Part shown: positions 19,835 through 27,193 of the stretch, piece by piece
Layout: each line of letters opens with the position of its first letter
How positions within the stretch are numbered: position 1 is the first letter of the stretch
Assembly (NCBI GenBank): GCA_049999805.1
Contig: JBNGIO010006283.1
Location: 62,001 to 89,193, forward strand
From: Folioceros fuciformis
Lineage: Eukaryota
Length of the DNA: 27,193 bases
Reading direction: 5' to 3'
The notes under the pieces: model-generated
What the model was told of the DNA's origin: nothing
Database searches by the model: none
The model's input: only the letters and a program-made list of their open reading frames with translations
Made by a program: the position numbers and the translations under genes

Positions 19835-19985
19835 AGCGTGCTTCTTAGAGGAGGAAACAGGTGCACTGGTGCAAAATGCTTCCTCCTCATCACCATCTCT
19901 TGAAGTCACTCCATTTGGATCCAGCTCCAGGTCCTTTTCTTTTTGTGATTTCCTTTCGGATTAGAAGGGATGTAGGAGTGTGGGA

Positions 19986-22900
19986 ATGGAGCTAGGTGCC
20001 CTACGCCCGGCAGGGCTGTTGCCCTTAGGAGTCTCTGAGAAGGGGTTTTGCAAAGAAGGGCACCAAGGGAAGGCGATGGTCTCTGGTAATGTGAATCAGG
20101 AGAGCACTGTGCCGTCGTTGCACGTTTACAAGCAGCTGTTGCAGGATTGCACGAAGAGGAGGGCACTTGGTGAGGCCATCCAGATACACGCACACTTGGA
20201 GAGACACGGGTTGGAATCGAGGTTGGGGGACTTGGTGGTTGCCACGCTGGTAAACTGTGGAAGCCTGTCACATGCACTGCGCGTGTTTGGGAAGCTAGCT
20301 TATCGGAGTTCCTTCTCCTGGACAGCCATCATCTCGGGGTACATCAATTCTGGGCAGTGGCGGGAGGCCCTTTCATGTTATGGGCAGATGCAGCAGGAAG
20401 GTGTTAGACCCAGCTGCCGTACGTTTGTCAAGTTGCTGAAGGCGTGTTGTAAGTTGGAAGACTTGGAGCAGGTGAAGCACATCCACGCTGACATTCGGAG
20501 GCAAGGTTCTGAGTCTGACCCCTTTGTTGGGAGCACTCTGATTAGTGTGTATGCCAAGTGTGGAAGCATCGTGGATGCTCTACAGGTGTTCGAGAGATTG
20601 CCTGAGCGGGATGTGGTGTCATGGAATGCGATGCTTGCTGCATATGCGCGGAAGGACAGAGGGGACGCTGCCTTGCAGCTTTTTGGGCAGATGTTAGAGG
20701 AGAAAGTTGATCCGGATGCACGCACCTTTGTCAGCGCCGTCCAAGCGTGTAGCAGTGCTGCCGAAAAGGAGGAGGCTATGGGTGAGCAGAATGTGAAAGT
20801 GGAATCACTTAAAACGGGAAGGGAGCTACATGCTGCAGCTATTTTGAATGGTTTCGACTCTGATGTTTTCGTTGGGAGTACGTTAGTCAGCATGTATGCA
20901 AAGTGTGGGAGCCTTGAGGATGCTCAGTGGGTGTTCGATAGATTGTCAGAACGTGATGTGGTGTCTTGGAACTCGATGATTGCAGCCTATGCGCAGCAGA
21001 ACCGAGGAGATAAGGCGTTGCATCTCTACGTGCAAATGCAAGCTGAAGGCATCACTCCCAACGTCCGGACCTTTGTTAGTGCTTTACAGGCATGTAGCAC
21101 TGTTGCAGAACAGGAGGAAACTACGATAGTACATGGGTGTGATGTTAAGGTGGAGTCTCTCCGGATAGGGAAGGAAATTCACTCGTATGCTACGAGAAGA
21201 GGTTGTGAGACGGATGTTTTTGTAGGAAATACGCTGGTCAGCATGTACGCAAGGTGCGGCAGCATCAGGGATGCACAGCAGGTGTTTGAAAGGTTGTTGC
21301 AGCGCAATGAGGTGTCATGGACTGCCATTATTGCAGCTTATGCTCAGCAGGGAAGAGGAGAAGAAGGATTGCAGGTATATGAGCAGATGCAAGAAGCTGG
21401 GGTCAGGCCTGATGCTCGAACTTTTGTCAGTGCTTTGCAGGCCTGTGGTTCAGTTGCAGAATCTGAGGATGGTGCACTCGTGGATGCGCGAATCGTGAAA
21501 GTAGGGTCGCTGCAGAAGGGCAAGGAACTGCATGCTACAGCCGCAGCAGCTCTGAGTGAGTTTCAATCAGATTTATTCCTCAGTAGTACTTTGGTTAGTA
21601 TTTACGGTAAGTGTGGGAGCATCACAGATGCCGAAGAAGTCTTCTACAAGCAGTCCCCTCGCAACATCGTGCTGTGGAATGCAATGCTCGCAGTGTATGC
21701 CCAGCAGGACAAAGCAGGTGAAGCTTTGCAAGTTTATCAGCAAATGCAGATGGAAGGAGTAATGCCAAATGCTCGAACTTTTGTGAGTGTCCTTCAAGCG
21801 TGTGGGACACTTGCCGAACAGGAAAGTGCAGCGGCTGTGCACAGGCAGGGAGGCACCATGGAGTCATTGCTGAAGGGGAAAGAGATCCACTCGGACGCTA
21901 GTTTGAGGGGTTTGGACTCTGACGTTTTTGTGGGGAACACTCTGGTTAGAATGTACGCAAAGTGTGGATGCATCCGGGATGCACAACAAGTTTTTGATAG
22001 ATTGTTCCAGCGTACTGTCGTGTCATGGAATGCGTTGCTGGTAGCTTACGCTGAGCACGGGGAAGGAGCAAAAGCCTTAGAGATCTATCGGCAGATGAGA
22101 GCAGAAGGAGTGCGACCAGATGCTCGAACCTTTGTGTGCGCTCTTCAAGCCTGTGGCATGATGTCAGAAGCAGAGAAATCTGTCCTTGTAAATGGTCAGA
22201 CTGTGAAGGAGGAATCACTGCATCTGGGCAGGGCCATCCATGGTGAACTTGCAAGCTTGGGTTTGGAGTCGGACGTGTTTGTCGGTGTCACACTTCTCAG
22301 CATGTATGCCAAATGCGGGAGCTTTGTGGATGCCCAGAAGGTATTTGACACGATGTGTCCTCGTGATGTGGTGGCATGGACTGCCATGATTGCTGCCTAC
22401 GCCCAAGATGGTCAAGGGCATAAAAGTCTGGAGCTATATCGGCAAATGCAAGAGACGGATGTCAGGCCAGATGCTTTGACCTACGTCCGAGCTCTCCAAG
22501 CCTGTGCTATCGTGGGGTTGAAGGAGAGAAGTAGGCTAATCGATGGGCAGAGTGTGAAAGCGGATTCTCTGCAACAGGGAAGAGAAATCCATGCTGATGT
22601 AACAAACATGGGTTTTGATTCAGATGCTTTTGTAGGCAGCACCCTGGTCAACATGTACGCAAACTGTGGGAGCATAAGGGATGCAGAGCAGGTGTTTGGC
22701 AGCATGCCGCAACGGGATGTGGTTGCATGGACTGCCATGATTGCAGCTTATGCTGCACAAAACCAAGGAACAAAGGCTTTGCAACTCTTCTCTCGGATGC
22801 AAGCCGAAGGTGTGAAGCCAGAGGAGCCCACGTTCCTGTGTGTCCTGGAAGCCTGCAGCAACGCAGGATCCCTTGCCATATGCAAGCAGGCGCACCAAAG

Positions 22901-23684
22901 TCTGGTGGAGAACGGCTTCGAGTACAGTCTCTCGGTGGCTAACAGCCTCATCCATGCATATGGAAAATGCGGGAGCATGGATAATGCTCAGCTCGTTTTC
23001 GATTCCATCCGCCAGCCGGACGTAGTGTCTTGGACTGCTCTGATCGCTGGATACGCTCGAGAAGGTCGCTGTAGGATGAGCATGCAGTGCTACGACCGCA
23101 TGTGCCTTACAGCTGTAAGCCCTAACGGGGTTACCTTCCTGGCGCTCCTGTCCGCATGCAGCCACGCCGGGCTAGTGGACAAGGGTCTGGAGTACTTCGA
23201 GGGCATGACCAGAGACCACCGCATTGCTCCGGAGCTGGAGCATTTTGCCTGTGTGATCGATCTCGTCGGCCGTGCCGGCCTCTTCCGCAAAGCAGAAGAA
23301 CTGCTTTCGCAAATGCCTATGCAACCAGATGTCGCCGTGTGGTTGTGTCTGCTAGGAGCGTGCAGGAAACATGCTAACCTAGCGCTGGGAAAGCGTGCCT
23401 TTGACGGAGTCGTTGCTCTGGAGCCGAAGGAAGCCGCCGCCTATGTGATCATGTCGAACATGTATTCTGAATCCGGCTTGCCGGATTCCGCGGAGGAGAT
23501 CGAGGTCCTGAGGCAGGCCGCAGGAGCGTGGAAGGAGCCGGGCAAGAGCTGGATGGAGCACGGGAATGAGGTTCACACGTTTCTTGCTGGAGACCACAGG
23601 CATCGACAGGAAGTATTGCTGCATGGCCTCGTGAAGAAACTCAGCGCGGATCTGCGAGAGGCAGGGTTGCAATCAGTAGACTAA
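19986..23684 (+). CDS. Large PLS-class PPR protein, E+ type, with extended (LL-type) L motifs
   Basis: Intronless, about 1232 aa from the first ATG; regular P-L-S triplets, P2-L2-S2, E1, E2, PG box KEPGKSWME, then a stop before any HxE or CxxC motif. Confidence 0.93.
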   Translation: MELGALRPAGLLPLGVSEKGFCKEGHQGKAMVSGNVNQESTVPSLHVYKQLLQDCTKRRALGEAIQIHAHLERHGLESRLGDLVVATLVNCGSLSHALRVFGKLAYRSSFSWTAIISGYINSGQWREALSCYGQMQQEGVRPSCRTFVKLLKACCKLEDLEQVKHIHADIRRQGSESDPFVGSTLISVYAKCGSIVDALQVFERLPERDVVSWNAMLAAYARKDRGDAALQLFGQMLEEKVDPDARTFVSAVQACSSAAEKEEAMGEQNVKVESLKTGRELHAAAILNGFDSDVFVGSTLVSMYAKCGSLEDAQWVFDRLSERDVVSWNSMIAAYAQQNRGDKALHLYVQMQAEGITPNVRTFVSALQACSTVAEQEETTIVHGCDVKVESLRIGKEIHSYATRRGCETDVFVGNTLVSMYARCGSIRDAQQVFERLLQRNEVSWTAIIAAYAQQGRGEEGLQVYEQMQEAGVRPDARTFVSALQACGSVAESEDGALVDARIVKVGSLQKGKELHATAAAALSEFQSDLFLSSTLVSIYGKCGSITDAEEVFYKQSPRNIVLWNAMLAVYAQQDKAGEALQVYQQMQMEGVMPNARTFVSVLQACGTLAEQESAAAVHRQGGTMESLLKGKEIHSDASLRGLDSDVFVGNTLVRMYAKCGCIRDAQQVFDRLFQRTVVSWNALLVAYAEHGEGAKALEIYRQMRAEGVRPDARTFVCALQACGMMSEAEKSVLVNGQTVKEESLHLGRAIHGELASLGLESDVFVGVTLLSMYAKCGSFVDAQKVFDTMCPRDVVAWTAMIAAYAQDGQGHKSLELYRQMQETDVRPDALTYVRALQACAIVGLKERSRLIDGQSVKADSLQQGREIHADVTNMGFDSDAFVGSTLVNMYANCGSIRDAEQVFGSMPQRDVVAWTAMIAAYAAQNQGTKALQLFSRMQAEGVKPEEPTFLCVLEACSNAGSLAICKQAHQSLVENGFEYSLSVANSLIHAYGKCGSMDNAQLVFDSIRQPDVVSWTALIAGYAREGRCRMSMQCYDRMCLTAVSPNGVTFLALLSACSHAGLVDKGLEYFEGMTRDHRIAPELEHFACVIDLVGRAGLFRKAEELLSQMPMQPDVAVWLCLLGACRKHANLALGKRAFDGVVALEPKEAAAYVIMSNMYSESGLPDSAEEIEVLRQAAGAWKEPGKSWMEHGNEVHTFLAGDHRHRQEVLLHGLVKKLSADLREAGLQSVD

Positions 23685-24080
23685 GAGTGGAAGACTGCGG
23701 CTGAGTATTGTCTTGCACCATCTACTTCACTTGCTTCGACCATGGCGCGGCTGCAAGATTTCTAGAAGCACCTTCGCACACCTTATCCGCACGAAGCTCG
23801 TCAACTGCATTTGCCGGCGCGCAAGTCCTCACGCAACACAGAATGTACTGCCGTGTCGCCTCCGCTTGCCCCTTCAGTCGCGTCTTCCGCCTTCTCTCTT
23901 TGAGAAGCCGGAGGTGAGCTTGTCCGTGGCCTGGTTGCACTCATACAATCCCTTTCTTGAATCACTGAAAATATTTTAGTTCTTTGCAGGTAATATTCCA
24001 CATGGCCGGGAACTCTTTCCCAGGGGAGCAGTGCTCGGGCACAAGGGCGTCAAGCTTGACCATCACGTGCCCCGCTGGTC

Positions 24081-26430
24081 ACACCCGCTGAGGACAGGAG
24101 GTTGGTTGTCCTTTTCTCCATGTGGTCCAAAACTCCGATTTTCTGCGCTGGGCATTCCCTGCTTGAGATGGCTTTGGATGCGTCACGCAGCACCTTGGGC
24201 ACCAGTGGTTGGAGGCTGGGAGGTCGAGGCACAGGAGGTCGGCAAGGCGTTCCGTGTTTCCTGCCCGACATTTATTGGGGCCATAGATAGAAGGTACTGT
24301 ATATACATATAAAGTCAGACCCCTCTAATTGGGAATCGTCCCATTTAGAGGGGTTCTGTTTAGGTTTTTTTTATCTTTTTTAAAAAATAAAAATATTTAA
24401 AAAAACTTTTAGATAAAAAAAGAGCTGTAAATCTTCTAAAAAATCCCAAAAAATCCAAAATGCTCCCTAACCTAAAATCCCCAACCTAATTCTGCCAACC
24501 TAATTTTAGTTTGAAGGGTTAACATAATATCAATCCTTGATTCACGTTGAGTTGCTTTCATCCAATGACTAGCTATATATTTTTCCTACTGAGAATGTAA
24601 CTTCAAAGCATCAAGAGTGTTATGTGGTATCTCTTCCAAAAACATCTTCACTATTCTCATAGTATTATCTACAACATCATTTGTCATGCGCGGTCTTGGC
24701 GCTATGGTTTCCACTGACGTTGTATCATTCTCCTCACCCTCCTCATTGACAGGCGGAGGGATTAATGCTTGTCATATTTCGTCCTCTGTAGGAATATACG
24801 TAGTCTCCAATCCTTCATCCTCCTTAAAGTTTAGATACTCTTTCAGCTGTTATCGTTGAATATCCAACATCAGCAATTCTTATCATATCCTTAGATGTTA
24901 ATAATGCTAAGCTTCGCTTGGACTGTTGTAGCTGTTCTACCTGTATTTCCAACAAATTAGAGTGATTTTGAGGATCCGACAATGGATCCTCTGGATCATA
25001 TGATGCGCTGTTTAGATCCAAAGACTCACGGAACCAAGCATCTTGTGCAAGCAATTCCACATCCAAAGTGCTATGCCTCCAACAATTACGCATGGTATGA
25101 GGACTCACAAATTGAAGTCCAAGCTTTTTCCAGCATAACCACTGCTTGATAGTCACGATAGTCACGATACAACTTGATGCACTCCCGAAGCAAGTCATTT
25201 GAAATTGTGGCACCTTGATCTTGGATTGCAAGAGCCCAAACGTGTATTGCGTGGTCAACCTGTGGGCATACGACTGGTCTATCCCTCATACCTGCCATAT
25301 TAGTTGTTGGACTAATGGTAGGGTCCAACCATTTGTCTTTGTCATTCACAATCCTAGACAATGCACTTTTAGAAGCTGCTAGTGAAAACTTCTTTGTTAT
25401 CCATCTAGTCAACTCCTTAAGTGTGTAAGACTGTTGGACATAATATTCGCAAACCTCTTTCTTTTGTTACTTTGTTAGGGTAGCATGCTTGCGCGACGGC
25501 TTGGGCGGCATTGTTCCTACATGTGAAAGAGAATGGGTAAGGAACACATATAAAATATTTCACAGCAAGACAACAACTTACAATACCATAAGACAATTTG
25601 TACAATGAAACAATTTATGTACTAAGAACAATGCTTCTGATCACAAAGCATAGTGTACAGAACTACTATAGGTTCAATCTCGATGACTGTCTATGTTTTA
25701 TGATATAATCTTGATAGCCTTTAACTTGACATAATCTCAATAACTCATGATTTAATCTTGATAAAATTATTTCCTTATTTTTTTATTTTTTTAAATATAT
25801 ATTTTCTTTTTTACAAAGATATATTTATATTGAATGTTTGGAAGACATATTCCCATTTACAAATTAGAAGTTAGAGGTTTCCATTTAGCATGTAGTACAT
25901 TCAAGGAACTAAGCCCGGGCATCCATTTAAAAAGGGATCCGAATTAGAGGGGTTCGACTCTGTGTACTGAGTTTGCAAACAAGTTGTCTCTACTTCGTTC
26001 AACTACCGTACTAAGTCAATTCTACTTCTACTTCCATTTTGTCTGGCGTGCAAAACGTTGTGAGTGGTGTCCACAGCTGTGTAGGTGCACGGTACGACTG
26101 CAGTGAACGGACGCCAGCCAAGTGGTGGTAGTGGAATCTTTGAATACTGGAAGTCTAGAAGGACTACGAAGGGAGTGGGGACGGTACTTATTGGTCAAGA
26201 TGTTGTGTACGGTCACGTTGTGGGAGCCCTGCTTCTTGGCCAGTGGTTCCCTGGTCACATATTTTTCTCGTCTGCAAATGCAACTTGAATGTTGTCAGAT
26301 GAAATTTTGTGCAGACTGGCATCCAACCGGCGGAATGAAATACAAACCCTGGGCGGCAGCTGGGCACAAGGGCTGGTAAGTAGGAACCGTGACGGAGCCT
26401 GATTCGACGATGTGGTGCAACTTCATCCGG
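24081..26430 (+). pseudogene. Highly decayed PIF/Harbinger-like transposase remnant interrupted by a pogo element
   Basis: Colinear motif remnants in shifting frames: TPAEDRRLVVL..GHSL..ASRSTL (24081-), PTFIGAID (to 24288), then after the insertion FNYRTK (25998-26015), GARYD (26084-26098), CNFIR (26416-26430). These echo Harbinger GAIDG, YFNYK, GSxHD and LHNF motifs. By-eye only; boundaries approximate. Confidence 0.45.
24310..25962 (-). mobile_element. Defective pogo/Tigger-like (Tc1/mariner superfamily) DNA transposon
   Basis: 25-nt imperfect TIRs 24310-24334 and 25938-25962 (20/25 match), flanked by TA and TG. Internal minus-strand remnants: CENP-B-type HTHs (WITKKF..SKSALSRIVNDKDK; PQVDHAIHVW..QGATISNDLL), post-DDE motif AW..VSPHTMRNCWRH and an acidic tail, with stops and frameshifts. 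Confidence 0.8.
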
Positions 26431-26835
26431 ACCCGGAACCCAACGACCAACGACTTGGAGACCTGAATGCTGCTATGAACGTTCGTCCCTGACGCAGCTG
26501 GGGTGGAGGCTAGCTCACTAGGGCGGCTACGACACGTCGACAGTGGAAACAGTGGGGCTGGGCTTTTGGACGCATAGACTCAGCCAAACGATTGACTGCA
26601 TGTACAGCACTGATGGTGGGTACTATATGTACCCGCACTACTCTCCATTGAGAGCAGGGACAGCCTACAGAAGGCGGAAGCATCTCCATTCTCACCTCAG
26701 GCACGAGAGCAATCCATCCAGGAGCTAGACAAGTCGAGTTAAGACAGAGACTTCCCGGCTCCCTTCATCACCAGTGGTGCGATTATCCTCCTCACCGGCC
26801 CGAGGTCGACCTGTGAATCTGTGGTGAACATCGAC

Positions 26836-27193
26836 ATGGCTGCCGGCATCTGCAACGCAGCGAGAGCTGTGTGGATCACAGCTCTGGTGGCTGCCACCTG
26901 CCTCTTCATCCACGCGAACGGTACGCTTGATTGCATGATGAGAATTGTCGTATGAATGTACACGGACCTAGACGCCGCACGAGCGCGAGCATTTGCTTCA
27001 CCTAGAGCTGCACAGTCCAGACCTAAGCATGCATGGGTGAGAATTAAGTCGATCGCAGAGCGGGCTCTAACAGTACTTGCCTTCGACGTGGTGCAAATCC
27101 ATCAGGGTGCTACGTGAACGTGGTGAACAACTGCCCGTACCCGGTTACCTCATGCGCGCAGTCGGGCAATAGCCCCATCGCGCAGTACCAGCT
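26836..27193 (+). CDS. Secreted thaumatin-like (PR-5-like) protein, 5' part
   Basis: Exon 1 26836-26920 encodes signal peptide MAAGICNAARAVWITALVAATCLFIHAN; phase-1 GT-AG intron 26921-27105; exon 2 gives GCYVNVVNNCPYPVTSCAQSG, resembling the thaumatin N-terminal VxNxCxYxV motif. Not in the ORF track; runs off the window. Confidence 0.65.

Noticed and set aside
18572-19903. 443-aa plus-strand ORF
   Set aside because: Antisense shadow of the GC-rich epimerase gene; non-ATG start and no recognisable motifs.
9824-23684. Periodic repeats as a CRISPR-like array, and the many antisense ORFs
   Set aside because: Periodicity is PPR coding repeats in a eukaryotic locus; the antisense ORFs are by-products.

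Overview
Gene-dense plant nuclear DNA with short GT-AG introns and two 100-N assembly gaps. GRP-ending DYW:KP editing factors and long-L PPR motifs point to a hornwort or possibly another seed-free plant (inference). In order: the 5' part of an uncharacterised gene (possibly spliced in frame to NOP16), NOP16, a non-canonical membrane hybrid histidine kinase, a tandem array of three PLS-PPR genes with the DYW:KP/GRP deaminase variant linked to U-to-C organellar RNA editing, UTP6, an intronless bacterial-looking NAD(P)-dependent epimerase head-to-head with a large E+ PPR gene, a defective pogo/Tigger transposon apparently nested in a decayed Harbinger-like transposase, and the start of a secreted thaumatin-like gene. 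The most striking feature is an OSB-type PDF single-stranded-nucleic-acid-binding motif at the N-terminus of one GRP-type factor. The neighbouring paralog lacks its core through an exact in-frame 90-nt deletion and also differs in PPR code residues.
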